Below, piece after piece: positions 12,258-25,599 of a DNA stretch of 64,000 nucleotides. Position 1 is the stretch's first letter, and each line of letters begins with the position of its first letter. Below the pieces are notes generated by a model. It was not told where the DNA came from. It saw only the letters and a list, made by a program, of their open reading frames with translations, and ran no database searches. Source of the stretch: Takakia lepidozioides (taxonomy: Eukaryota; Plantae; Bryophyta). The position numbers and the translations under genes are program-made. The DNA lies in assembly GCA_030704615.1 (NCBI GenBank), contig CM060733.1, positions 51,956,001 to 52,020,000 of the forward strand, in the 5' to 3' direction.

Positions 12258-15200
12258 CTAAGCGGAAGTTGCTGGAGGGGCTTGTTGTAAGGCAATGAGC
12301 ATCAGCATTGCTCCCACCAAATTCACTGTGCCAACCTGCATGCGCATGCAAGCAAGTGTATTGAATTTGAAATGCAAAGGGCAGAGACAAACTTCTCCAC
12401 TGCCTTGAAGATGCTCTGGACTCTTGGACCTTCGAGCCTCCCACGGACATATTGAGTTTTGTTCTCTCTGCGGACGTGATGAACTTTTCCTTTCTTTCTT
12501 TCCTCTCTTTCTCTCAGTGAGTCCATTCTCTTCAACATCCCCAATTGACCCCTCTTCAAATACCCATTAGAGTTGAACAAAGTTCAATGTATCCTGGCTG
12601 GTGGGTTATCTGGGAATCTGATTTGTGTTGAAGCCCTAGCAGCTTCTGAGAGGAAATCGGATAATAAAAGAATGGTATAATCAATGCCAAGTACTACAAC
12701 TGTCACTTTACATGGTGACAAGCACTGAGAACGTACCAGAAGTAGGGCGGGTTGAGCAGCACCAGTTCCAACAAGCCAGCAGAACCCAAAGAACAAAAAC
12801 TGCACCTCACAACGCACATGTCAGAGCCAACTCTCCCCTGGCTTCTTGTCAGTATGGCAAAACACCCCCCTCCTTTCCTGGCTTTCACTTTTGCTAATCC
12901 ACCCTGACAACTTCCAGGCAACACCTTTTGAAACTTTCTGAGTCAGTTCCAACACAAGCCTGCCTCTATCCTTCATAGCACGTGTGGTTTTGTTTGCAGG
13001 AGGCCCGAAAGGCGAAATAGACAGCATAGAAACAAAAGAAGTGAGACATCTACTAGCGACTGTTCACATGAAACTTCACTACGACATCCTTGAGGACACA
13101 GCCCCCGCAAGTCATGGGATTTTAACTTACCAGGGCATGAGTTCAGCCCAATATTGCATACAACCTGGTTACAAGAGATTGAATATTTATGGATGGGATG
13201 ACAATTGACATCGTACTAAAAAGCATGATGTGATGCCAGCACGGATACTGTAGCCCTGAGGACACAGTCCCTGCAAGTCATGGGATGTTAACCTACCAGG
13301 GTATGAGTTCAGCCCAATATTGCCTACAACCTGGTTACAAGAGATTGAGTATTTATGGGTGGGACGACGTTGACATCGTACTAAAAAGCATGATGTGATG
13401 CCAGCAGGGCTACTGTAGCCCTCTAACACACAGATATGACACAAGCTGGATGTGATTGTATCCTCTATCACACTGTAGAGAGAGAAGGGCAGAAGTGCTC
13501 CTCTCGCTGGCACAGATGTGACACATGGCTATGAATGCACTGTCAGTCACACTGTAGCAACCAGAGTGACAGAAAGAGGGAGAATATGTACACAGAATGG
13601 TAAATGCTTTGCCGTGGAGCTGTCACAACTCTCTGAGGGTATTTACACAAATGCACGCATTGACTACTCCATGTAACATTAGGACGCTCCTGTTTACTTA
13701 GAGAGCCAGACTGTCCGAGATAACGATATCTGTGCATACAAGATCAACACCTCAGGTCTGCAAGATGGCGTACCGTGCGTCCCACTACGGTGGACATGTA
13801 GAAAGCAGAAGCACCAGGGACTCCCTGCATGTCACCGACTGCCGTTCCTATATAGTACAATCCAAAGACCTGCAGCACCACCACCGCAGCTTGGTCAGTT
13901 CTTGGCTAATTACAGTGGAACTCATTATCTTCCTCGCAGTATGCTACCATATGAGCAGGGTGTCATAGTCTAGTGGGTGCCCTTGATTTCTCAATGAAAA
14001 CAAGGCCTACAGGGTTCCTCCACTATGGGCAACAAACTTCTCTTTTAAGGCTGAGTTCACTTCTGGCTCAATGGCCTTGGCCCAAGCCCTTATGAAGATA
14101 CAATGAAGATGCATGTTCAGCTTCATACATTTCTAATGACAATAACTGACTCGACCCGCTAACCCTGGATATATGTTCAAATTCATCCTGCAAAAGACTT
14201 ATTCTTATTGATATATAACAACAGAAAGATACACCAGACATGCTGGGCCAGAGGTGTGCATGTGGTGAACCCACTTTGGTTGCCATGCACTCACTCTCAG
14301 TTTTTGGCATCTAAGGTTAGGCAAAGTTCTATGATAGCAACCAAAGTTCAGAAGTACGCTGGTTGCAACCATAGAGCAACTGATTCCTAGCTGAGGTCAA
14401 GGACTGTTAGTTTCTAGAGCCCATTTCAAACCCAACTGTGATCGCAGCCATCTTCTTGACTTGAAAAAGATATTGAAATAGGAGCTTTGGACGAGAAGAG
14501 CATACCACAGCAAGTATAGCTCCGACCTGAATCCATCCCACAGTGACAGTTCGCACTTCGAACAGAAGACCTACATACAATGACAACCATGAAGTTAGAA
14601 TCTTTTTTAACTTTCCTCTCTAGTAGCCTCAATTCACGAAAGTCAGCCTCTAAGCATTCTCTTCTGACACTTCCAGGAACTTTCTCAAGGGAAACCTGTG
14701 AGATACCACAGCAAGTAAGGGCTGTAGATAGCCTGTGGAATATTCTGCAGGACTCCCTGACATGCACAAGTTTGCAATGTAAAGTGGCAATATTTAGGAG
14801 TTTGACTTGAGTTTTTACCAAATAAAGGCTTTGGAAACAGCAGCAGTGCGATGCCAGCAATGAAAATGTAAAGACCGGTGAAGAATGCCATAAGTGCTGG
14901 TCTTTGCGACACTGTGTTTTGGCTGGTGCTCTGAGGGTCTCTCAAGTTTCTCAATGTTCTCATGCCACCCTTCATCAGGTCAGGGATGATACCATCACTT
15001 GCAAGGTACTTGTCGTAATGCTGCTCTGCTGCTGGGCGAATGCTACACCGTGTCAGGCGGTAGTCAGAATCAAGGATAGTAAAACCTAAAGCAGTCACCA
15101 GGTCAAATTTGTTGCTCCTCAACTGACCAGGACTCACCAGTTCGATCCAAATTTCTGCCTAACAACTAATACGAGCTCTACTGTAAACCACACCTTTGCA

Positions 15201-17046
15201 CAAAACCTTCTCGGCAGCTAGCACACAGACTTTGCAGCAGACATTCTAACCAGAAATTAACCATCTGGACCAGAGGTTAGGGTCCACCCAGACCCTCAAA
15301 GATCTAGTGCTGATACATATAGATACAGCAGAAGCGTAATTCACTTTCGGTGACAGTCAAGTTATTAGTTATCAGGGGAAGTAATTTAGCTGGAAACTTG
15401 CAAATGCTGTGTATGCCAAGGAGTTAAAAATCATTGCAAAGAAATGCAAAAGACTGCTTAAAGGCCAGTTGAGTGATATGGCACGCTTTGAAATGGTAGT
15501 CTTTAGGCTCCTATTTCTTGATAGACAGAGACTTGGTTGTTGTATGCTGCTTACAGGGGAGTGTTTCTTTTCCTCACAATAAAGTCATGGACTGCACAGT
15601 TGCAGGGTCAACGGCAGCAACAACACTCACCTAATTGTGCCATCTTCTGATAAAGACGCGATTTCAGCATAGGGGGCTTCATCGCCTTCAGGACCAAGTG
15701 CTTCTCGGTCAGCAATACAGATCTCAGTAGGCCTCATTGCCAGAGCAAAAACAATAGCCTCCCTATCCCCTCCTCGGCCTGCATGGACATCCCCTTGCAG
15801 ACACCCCAAAACTATGACATCCCCATCCGACGACACTGCCCCTCCTTGATTCACATCCCCCAGGACCTGCATTATAAGTGACAAATCAGACAACTGAGAA
15901 AAGTGAGGAAAATGAACCATTTCGAGCACAAATGGATTCAGAAGTATGATCAGATCAAAATCCTTTGACAACAGTCCTCCACGTGACAGTCCATGAGTAT
16001 TCACATGTTTAAGACCAGAGACCAATTGAGCAAATGACATCACTATTGAATACATTAAAGGTATGACCAAAACTCAAGGGCAATGGTGAGGAAAGGACCC
16101 AAAGTACACTAATGTGGTGTGTGGAGAAATGAGGTACCCAAGAACACTAGTTTTGCTGTCTAAGTTGCCACCACCTAAAGATTTTGCAGATATGCCGGCT
16201 ATGCTAGGCACACCGCACTGGCTGAGAGCTAGACTGGAACTCGTCAAAAGGGACCCCAGAATTGACAGCAAAACAGACTTGAAATTTACATACCATCTGT
16301 CAATATTCTCTGATTAGGTACCAAGAGCAATCACATGAGCAGTTACCTCATGTCAGTTTGTAAATAAAGCTTTACAGGGTTTCATCAATCACTGAAGTAT
16401 GCACCAATTCGGAGCACAATGGATGCTATGACAGGGAAGGTTTTCTGCAATATATGCTGTCAATTGACATGTGACTCATGGGTATGGGTGTCAATTTAGT
16501 ATGGGTGATGGTCATCCATAGAGTTAGAGCTGGTTAGTGGGTGGTCATAGAAGATCTTACCACAACGGTGCCTGCATGCTCAACCGTCTCGCCAAAGCGG
16601 ACGGTTCGTCTCACATACTTACAGTGTGATCCAAACACTGCTGCTCGGGATGTCTGCTTTTGTATGCTGTCACTTTCCTGGATAACACGCCTATCGAACT
16701 GTCTGTCTCCGTCAAGGTCTTGTTGATCCTCTTCCGGATACAAAGGCCTGGATCCCTCCCCAATCTGCCTCTCTGTTCCAAATCCTGGCCTTTGCGGACT
16801 GGAGGGCACCTCAACAATGGGATCACTCCTATGCAACTCATTCTCTCCACCATCGGTATCCGCAGCTTTGGTACAGCCAACAATCGCCTTTCCCCTGCCA
16901 GCGCTACGAATCCAAGTGGATCTCCCACGGACTTTTCTTCCAGAAAGCTGTTGGGGGACACAATGACACCAAACTCTTGGTGGGCAGCTTGAACATGTGA
17001 TGCTTGGACTGAAATGGATGCGTGTAGCCTTCAAACACTGGTACAT
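12258..17046 (-). CDS. MinC-like protein: putative plastid transit peptide + MinC C-terminal domain + multi-pass membrane domain. Exons 17046-16561, 15866-15631, 15042-14819, 14570-14506, 13869-13774, 12799-12737, 12335-12258; ~415 aa
   Basis: All junctions are GT-AG and phase-compatible (1248 nt total). MinC_C motif: RTVRFGETVEHAGTVVVLGDVNQGGAVSSDGDVIVLGCLQGDVHAG..G...A...ALAMRPTEICIAD. It is followed by hydrophobic segments MAFFTGLYIFIAGIALLLFP, GWIQVGAILAVVFGLYYIG, FLFFGFCWLV and VNLVGAMLMLIAL. Confidence 0.85.
13091..13422. repeat. Two-copy 166-bp tandem duplication in intron 5 of the MinC-like gene
   Basis: tgaggacacag...tactgtagccc at 13091 and 13257, roughly 90% identical by eye. Confidence 0.9.
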
Positions 17047-18104
17047 TTTTGAGAAAGTAAATGTTCCCAGACGTCCATGAAAAGGAATCAAGGCAGTCAG
17101 CTAGTTTAATCCACCCTTTATGCTGGCCCTTGAATGCTTCAAGGCAAGCTTGCACAATAAGCAACCCGGAACCCAGGGATCACACTTTAAGATCCAAAAA
17201 CTGGCATGTCATTCCTAGCTCCGAGCAAAACGCTCTCCATCGACTTCATTCATCCGCTCAAACTGTTGCACAAATCAGTCGGGGTACTGTGGGATTGATG
17301 AGTTGATGGAGCCAAGTAGTTTGTTCCCATGAAGTTATCTTTCTTTGAGCACAGATGATGTGAGCTTGATGATACTCGGCTGAATGCTTCGATTTGTGGA
17401 AAGTGAGCTGCAAGAAAAACATACATTCGGAGTTCCTGAAAGATACCTATTATTGTGTGCCTGGGCCCAGCCATGTTGATTCCTTATCACTGAGATGTGT
17501 TTGGACGTGTGGCTGAATCTTATTGGGCATACTTCACCAATTTCCGCTTCCTAAAGTGCACTCGCAGTGTATGGTCTTCACGCTTCTCTTCATCGAAGTT
17601 TGTTGCTGGCCAAAGCTTGAGCTTCTTCTCATGATTTAGAGGCACCCATTTCGAGCTGAGACTGAGCACCAAGGTGTTGTTTTTTCAGAGGAACCCAGAC
17701 CAGGTTGTTTGCTTGAAGCTGTGCTCTTTGGAGGTTTCGGGGGTGTACAAAACAGGAAGGCTCGGAGTTTATACTGAGAGAGAGCTCGTCCAAAGGGGAG
17801 ATTTTGGATTTGATTAGAGATCAAAACAGTCAACAAATACTGGACAGGTTTCACAAGGCAGGGCGAGGCTGAAATACACTTCTGGTCAGGTGGGGTTCAT
17901 TGTGTGGAAAAATGGTGGTGGTGGTGCAATGTGCGACAGGACGAGAAGCCTTTTTGGTCTCTCGAAGACCGGTAGGCTTGTCTGATCTGAAATGCAGTTG
18001 TAGTCTCTACAAATCCCGTTATGCAATGGTAGTTTATGAAAGACTGAGATTGGCCAGCATTGAGAACCATCGCATGGAGATGCAACTGCAGACATCTGGT
18101 GGCT

Positions 18105-19101
18105 ATGCTGGACCTAAATCACATTCGAAGAGACAACCGGGAAGGGGAACAAGCATTTGCAGGAGAGCGGGGTCTCCAGGCAACGATTTGGACGAGGAGA
18201 AGGCTAAGATTTCTGGTCAGAACAGTTTCGCTAGATGCCATAGAAACAAGGTTTTGTCCTGTTCGCGAGGGCGTTGAGCAGATGAGAGCTGTAAGCGTTA
18301 ACGAGTGTTCACCGAGAGGTGAGTGAGAAAGTGAGAGAAAGAGGAATGGAATAGGAGAGAGAAACGGTGTGGTCTGAGCATCCTTTTCTTAATATGCGCT
18401 ACTAATTCCCATTGATTGCAGCAACATTTACATCGTTGCAACTCTGTACAACTGATTTCTGGAAAGGACTGAGTAACATGGTGTCGGATTGTTTATATAT
18501 TTTGGAGTCAGAGTACGTCAATGCTGCATCGATGCAGGATCTTAACCTCTGACTGATGAGGCGCTGTGTAATGCTACCTTGAAAAGACTAGAGAATGTCA
18601 AAAGCTAGAAATTTTCAAGTGTATATTCACTTCCGAGCGCCCTTTTCTGCATACGAAAGGGTGTGGATCTTACTCAGTGCATACTTCAGCTACTGTAAGA
18701 TTCCGTGTCAGTCTTCTATACAATGCATGCATTGTAGAAGCCAGTGCGCACAGGAAATACATCAAAAAAGAGTGGATTTTTCCAGTTATGACCAAGTTGT
18801 ATCGTGAATTAAACGTGATGAATCCCTCAATAGATTAGTGAAATTGGCTCCCGCTATGAAAAGTGTGGTGCAGATTTTAAGGGAATCGGGGTGGATGGAT
18901 GCAGGTGAGAAGAAACGATCTGAGAAAGGAGGAGTTGAAGCGATAGAGGAAGCTTTGGGGAAAGCTTTTGGTGGTGTCCTCTGGTTTGGAGTGCTACTTG
19001 TCTGCCTTGCAATTTTTGGTGGAGGTTATGTATACTTGATATATAACTATGCCGACTTTACAGACATTCCAATCCTCAGGGGCCCTGTGGGTCGCTATTG
19101 A
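18105..19101 (+). CDS. Small single-pass membrane protein (probable exons 18105-18318, 18905-19101; start uncertain), divergent from the MinC-like gene
   Basis: Phase-1 donor G|gtgagt at 18318 is compatible with acceptor cag|GT at 18905. The last exon encodes GEKKRSEKGGVEAIEEALGKAFGGVLWFGVLLVCLAIFGGGYVYLIYNY...GRY*, with one TM segment. Confidence 0.45.
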
Positions 19102-19843
19102 ATAAAAAGGGCCAGTCTCCTTTCTACATTATGGATCTCAAACCTGAGAGGTCTTACTTTCATTGGGAGTGATTTTCAACTTCTGATAGCCTCTTGTGAC
19201 TTGGAAGAAGCAGGAGACAGGATCTTCAAAGCTCGATCCTTGGAAATGGTAATGCATCACCCATTGCCAGTTTTGGACTGCACACACATCGAAGGAATCC
19301 TCGTTGCAGCAGGAGTTTGAAAAACCCAACCCTGGTCTTCTCCTCCTTGGGACTCCTCCGCCTTAATTCTCGTCCGAGAAAAGAACAAACAAATCTGAGC
19401 ACAGTGAATGCCTCACATGAAGAGAAGAGAACTCATCTAAAACATTGATCTCCTTTTTATTACTAGAAAATGAGACCATCTCGGTGGTCTGGGTTCAAAT
19501 CCAGTCTAGCACATTGCAATTTGCCCAGAAAAACAACAACCCAAGTCAGAGCGTGCGTTCCGTGATCTCACAAACGTTCTTGGCAGCGTCCTTGGTCTTC
19601 GAGCAAAACTGTGGGAGGGCGGAGATGGATTGAGTGTGTTTGTTCTGAGAGAGAGAGAGAGAATCTGTTGGTTCGCTTGCAGGCAGGTCTGCAGCTGTTG
19701 GGTTTTGCAGGTTGGAGTAAGATGGTCTTTCGTTTGTGAAGTTTGATCTGGGGAGTGTCTCTTGTCTTCCAAAAACGGGGAAAAAAAAAACCTACGGAGA
19801 AGAGAAGCAAACAAGAGAAAGAAGGTTGTGGGTAGGCTCGGAA

Positions 19844-21152
19844 ATGGCGGATGGTGTGGGGAGACTTGTGCGGGATGGTGTAGTAGCGGGAGAGCAGGCA
19901 ACGGCAGTACTAGTGCGAGATTCGCTGCAGACACACGCCGGTCCCGCCATATTCAAGCACTTCTCTTCTCTGTGTGCCAACATTGTCGCAGGGCGAGCGC
20001 AAGCCAAGTATGTTGTCCATTCATGCTCTTCGTTGTAGCGACTTGATTGTGGCTGTACATAAAGCAGAATAGATGAATTTAATTTTGATGAGACTCGCTC
20101 GTGCTTGCAAATGAATGCAGTAACTAAGTTAGTAACTGTAGTCATGTTCGTGATGGTGTGGAGCTACCTATCAGCTTCTGCGTGTATTCATATAGAAAAA
20201 CAGGGTTCGCCTTGGGATGTAAAAGCTAGGTTCAAGTCAGGTAGCACCTGTGGAAAATCCTTTTCTTGAGTTTTAAGTGCGGTTGGGTTTTGTCACAGGG
20301 ATGTAGGCCCTTGTCTGAGGCATAGCCTGGCCTTCCTTTAGGACTGTATGCAGGATAAGATTTTCAACACCAGCAACCAGATCTTAATCATGATCAACAA
20401 AAACGCTATGGCGTGATGCTGGAACTTTCTTCGCCAGATGCCTAATGAGAGACTTCTTCAAGTCTTAGTATGGCCTTCAAAAAAGAAATCCATGATCAGT
20501 GGTGGTCAGGCAGTAAAGCCTGATTCAAATTAATTCGTCCTGATGTATTTAAGCAACAAATATCCCCACTAATTAACCTCCTAGCTGCTACCGTGTGTTC
20601 TCCTTGGTCACACAAGAGCCTTTTTAGAGGTTTCCTGTTCTATTTAGGTCAAGCTTTTGAGGTATGGTGCAACTAAAATTTGAAATTATTGATCGGCTTA
20701 GTTTCCTTTTACTAATGTCTTGGTGGGTTGCTTGGCGCTTGTCACTGTGGCTTTAAGCTCCATCCCTGAACGCTGTTTTTGAAGAGTGGCTCCAGTCCTA
20801 CCAACTGGTTCGTTCTCCATCTGCTAAACCTCACACTTTTCTTTTTTTTGTGCTGGAAGAGATAAATTTGAGCTTTTGCTGTAAAATTATCACTTCCCAG
20901 GGTTTTTTATAGTTGTACTCTACCTACACTGCAGTTTTCTGTTGGTGGCCCTTTCCCATGTCTGTGTGACTCTTGTTGCTATGGGAAGGAGGGCTTCAGG
21001 TGGTGGACTGTTACACAGATCAGCTAGGTTGGATGAGATGTTGGAGTCAAAAACTGAAGGGCACGAAGGCTGCTGCCAGCCTCATTCCACAGTTTGTCAT
21101 GACATCCATGACTTAAGTGCCTTTCTTTCCACACTGCTCAAGTCGAGCCAAG
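19844..21152 (+). pseudogene. ELP5: Elongator complex protein 5 (ELP5)-like, 5' fragment with frameshifts
   Basis: Exon 19844-20007 (MADGVGRLVRDGVVAGEQATAVLVRDSL...ANIVAGRAQ) resembles the plant ELP5 N-terminus. Region 20934-21152 holds FLLVALS, LQVVDCYTDQLGW and VCHDIHDLSAFLSTLL, but the frame changes between these blocks. No further exons precede the TE cluster. Confidence 0.7.
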
Positions 21153-21539
21153 GTATTCCCTCTCTGTGTCTTTTCAGCTTGTTGCTTTTGTTGTTGTGAA
21201 CCCATGTGCAATAATTACTGAAAAGATGTTAGATTGTTTGTGCACCCAAAGGCCGCACAAAGGCCAGACATAGACACAGCAATGGTAAATATCAGTCTTT
21301 ATAATGACATGTTACTCAAACAGTTTTTAACCCCTAAACGCCGAGAATGTTTTTGGCCCAAGACCTCAAAAATAGAACCCACTCGGCTGGATCAGGCTGT
21401 ATCTGCGAGTTGGAAATCATCCAGTGAATTGAACCGTACCAACTGACAGTTACCTACTACATAAAGGTGGTGTAAAAATTTGGGAAGAATTGACCGTCCC
21501 ATTTGGAAGATTATAACAATTTATTATGGTCAATTTTTC

Positions 21540-23050
21540 AAGTCCAAGCAAACGTTGAAGAAAAAAAGTGGTTTGACCACAACCACTACCAGTACCAAAC
21601 AAACGTTGGGAACATATGAGCATGGATTTAGTTTGTGAGTTACCTCAAACCTCATCGGGATACGACACTATAATGGTATTTGTAGACAAATTGAGTAAAT
21701 CCGTCCCTCCAAAAAATCCGTCATTGCATCTAAATTAGCTCGACTATATCTGGAAGCAGTCTATTTTCATCATGGGCAATCTAAAGTTCTCATTACTGAC
21801 AGAATATCCTAGCTTGTTTTGGAAAAGCTTATTTGATATTTTCAAAGCCAAATTAGCTATGTCAACAGCCTATTATCCGGAGTCAGATAGACAGACAGAG
21901 TGAGCGAATCGTACAATTGAAGACATGTTACGGGCCTTTACGTTAGAAGAACAAGAAGAGTGGGATTGGTTATTATCATTAGTAAAATTTCCATACAATA
22001 ACTCGGTCAACGCGTCAACGAAAGAAACTCCTTTCTTTTTAATGTATGGTAAACATCTAAATGTGCCAACAGCTCTTACAAAGTTCAAGTTACCAAATGA
22101 AGAGTTATCTAAGGTAGCCGCGACTAACGCATTTGTGCAACAAATTCGACGGGGAGTACGTCAAGCTAAAAAGAAGCTGATGGCTGTCCAAAATCGTCAA
22201 AAGCAGTATGCAAATGTACATCGACGGGATGAGGAATTTGCAGTTGGATCAAGTGTGATTGTCTGCAACCAATTTACACATCATTGGATCGCGAAAACTA
22301 GTGGCACGGTTCATTGGACCTTTTTCGATCATTAAACGTAGTGGAGCAGTAGTATACAAGTTGGAGTTACCACCACATATGAAAATTCACCCGGTGTTTC
22401 ACGTTTCTCTACTACATTGTTACGAACCTCGACCATCAATATTCAAAGATAATCAAGAACCACAACCTTTACCAGAGTTGATAGACGGAAATGGAGAGTG
22501 GGAGGTCGACCGTGTTCTGAAAAAACGCACATACAAACGAGGACGACATGAGGTGTTGGAGTATTTGGTTTTATGGAAATGATTTCCATTATATGAAGCT
22601 ACTTGGGAACCGATGCAAAATCTTGCAAATGCTCAATTGGCAATTCAAGCTTTTGAAAATTCGAACAACGAGGACGTTGCTTCTTGAAAGAGGAGAGGAT
22701 TGTAACATAGTAAAATCTAGAAAGTTTTTGATGGAGGAGGAAAGTTCCCTAGAAGTTTCCAAAATAACTAGAAATGTCTCTAGGAAGTTTGACTTTAGGA
22801 AGTTTGACTTGTCAAACCTATAAGATATTTATATTATGGAGAGTAGGTCAAATGTTTGATAAAGTCATATTGTGGAAAATATGTCAAACCTAGGAAGGTT
22901 GACTTTAGGAGATTTTGACTTGAGGCTCTCAAGTCAAACTTTTAAAATAATCTTATTGTGAAGGGTATATAAACATAGCCTAGAAGGCATCGAGTTGTTT
23001 TGGGAAAAAATTGAGAAGTACTTATATTCTAGTTTGTGTAGATCTTGGGT
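21540..23050 (+). mobile_element. Ty3/gypsy chromovirus 3' remnant: degenerate integrase, chromodomain, PPT, start of 3' LTR
   Basis: Integrase motifs MSTAYYPESDRQTE, YNNSVNASTKETPF, QNRQKQYAN, FIGPF, IHPVFHVSLL; chromodomain EWEVDRVLKKR...EYLVLWK. Polypurine tract gaaagaggagagga precedes TGTAAC at 22701. Confidence 0.85.
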
Positions 23051-23139
23051 GTTAGATGGATGAGGAGATGGTGTCGAGATGGCACGCATCTGTATTTTTG
23101 TGTATCTTGACAGCGGGAGGTCGGATTGGACCTACAACA

Positions 23140-23592
23140 GGAATGACTGTACACGGAGTGTCTGAGAACCCTAAGGCTAGTGATGAGTCAAGTGGTGCCA
23201 GAGATATATATGAGGATTCGGTTGTGTTGGATTACCTCCGCACTGGACACACGGCAGCCATTGTGACTGCCAATGAGAGGGATCGAATCATGCAACGAGC
23301 CAAGAGGTTCAAATGGGAAAGGATACACCTGCTCCGAGTGTGGGAGGATGGTCGGGTGAGGATTGTGTCTCACCCAACACAGCGTGCACGGTTAGTGCGG
23401 CATACCCATGAGGAGTTGGGGCATTTTGGAGTGCGACGCACTCACAGTTTACTGCAAGGGCAGTATTGGTGGCGTGGTATGCATACAGAGGTGCAACAGT
23501 TCGTGGCTAGGTACATGGTGTGTGACAGGTGCGTGCTTCATTCAACGCCCCTACACCACAGTTGCATCATTTACCAATCATGGGATTGGGCT
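23140..23592 (+). mobile_element. Second gypsy pol fragment (integrase zinc-binding H2C2 region), cut by a CACTA end
   Basis: RLVRHTHEELGHFGVRRT..LL...YWWRGM..EVQQFV..Y.VCDR, then PIMGLG ending at the CACTA at 23593. Confidence 0.8.
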
Positions 23593-25320
23593 CACTAGAA
23601 GAAAAACGCGGAATAACCACTGGTCTTTTAACCACTATTGTCTTTTTCCACTCTATAAACCACTAGTAACCACTTGTCAGTGGTTAATCCCAATGAAATG
23701 CCACAGTGGCATCACAGACAGTGGTTGGAAGTGGTTTCAACCACTCAGTAGTCCATGTGTAATAATTTGTTTTTATTTATTATTATTTATTTGATAATAC
23801 ATTTTAATTAATAAATATAATATTCCACGTGGACAAGTGCAGTGGTAGATTGTGAGTGGTTATAGACACCTCAGTGATGGGAAGTGGTTGAAACCACTTG
23901 CTACTCCACGTGTAATAATTCAAATTTTATTTGTGATTTATGATTTGGAAATATATTTTAATTAATAAATATAACATTCCACGTGGACGGGGACAGTGCA
24001 CGTTGATCTTGAGTGGTTAAAGACACCTCATTGATTTGTACCACTTTGAGTGGTGGAGAGTGGGTGGTGAAAGATACTGCAGTAATTGGAACCACTATTT
24101 GAGTGGTTGCTCTGCAGCTGTGACAGACTTTGAAAAACAGACAAGTGGCCAGACCATTGTGGGATGATGCTATTGAACAAATGGTTCCAACAATAAAAAG
24201 AAAGAAAGTATGACGCCTCCCGAAGGAAGCGTAACTTATGGAGTCACTCCAAAGGGCTACTGCCTTCCGCTATGAAGATTGACACCTTCATGACATACCA
24301 GACCGTGGTTTCAACCAACAACCACATCCAACGTGGTATGTACCCATTACCACTGGGCTACATGCTGGTTGTCTTCCAACAATAAACTTTATTCTAAATC
24401 TGAAACATATTCATCACCCTCTGAATCACTTTGCTCAACTGGAATAGCGGTTGGTTGCACAAATGTCGCTTGAATGGTAGCCAACATAGCCAGGTCTTCT
24501 TTATTTAGAGCCGTGGCACCATCTAATGACCTAGATATTGGCTGATCTGATGAGGTAGACGTCGATTGGCACGCCACTCATCACCACATGTCTCTCTGTT
24601 TGCTGTGAACTGTGCCTTCTCTGTTGCATACTTTTTGTCACAAAATGGCAACAAGAATGACACATGTTAGCAATGAAGTATTGCATTATTTAGCAAAAAA
24701 TACCTAGCATGAATGATACTTTGACAACCACTGTTTCAAACCACTGGAGGAGTGAGCAGAATTACTTGTAAATGAACATGCTCTTCCAACAAGTTACTCA
24801 CTCAGACATTCCGTTACTACAGCATTGGTTATAATCAGGATGAACCACTGACATTTGTGACTTTGTGGGTGGTTTGATTACACTGGTGACAGTCAGAATT
24901 GAAAATTGAACTTGATATGAATAAGGTGCAATGAAAAGAAGTACTCACTGCACTCAAGGAGCCATGACATTGGTATTGTTCAACACATACAAAATTTGTG
25001 CTGCATCTCTCCCAGCTCCAGTCATGTCCCGCTTTTTGCCGACACCTTCGAAGACCTCATCCTCAACCCCTTCCTCCGCATTTGCATCCCAAGTCCGCCG
25101 TTGAGTTGCATCAAATGATTGCATATACTCAGCCATGAACCCCATGGCCTCATCAAGAACATACCATGTAGCCGTACTCCCTTCTGGCTTTGCGTAATTC
25201 CTAACGTATCCCTGAATTTCATGTAACGATCCATGGGATACATCCACCGTGAAGACACCGGATGAACAGTTTTGTTTATCTCCATGGAATACATCTATGT
25301 GCTCACTTATAACCACTAAA
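23593..25320. mobile_element. CACTA (En/Spm) element, left end with ACCACT/AGTGGT subterminal repeats and minus-strand DUF4218 remnant
   Basis: CACTAGAAG terminus at 23593; many ACCACT/AGTGGT motifs; RWMYPMDRYMK and GYVRNYAKPEGS...DEAMGFMAEY at ~24950-25290. Confidence 0.8.
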
Positions 25321-25599
25321 ATGAATTTTTAAAAAAAAATCAAATTGCAAAAGATTTAAAAAAAAACACATCGGCTGGTAAGTGTAGAGTGTGTCCCCCT
25401 GGTGGTTCAGGGTTCAAACCCGCTACAATATATGCATATTGTACTTTATTTCTATGATTCATCAAATATGGCTGTGGCTGGTAGTCTTTCAAGAAAGAAG
25501 GCAGAGGCAATGAATATGTTGGAGCAACACATACAGATGTGGTATCAAGAGAATTATCAAAATGAATGTCACAATCTACAAGAAGGTCCACAACAACAA

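Noticed and set aside
14685-15137. Independent membrane-protein gene separate from MinC
   Set aside because: No good AUG start, and the exon phase fits direct splicing from the MinC exon.
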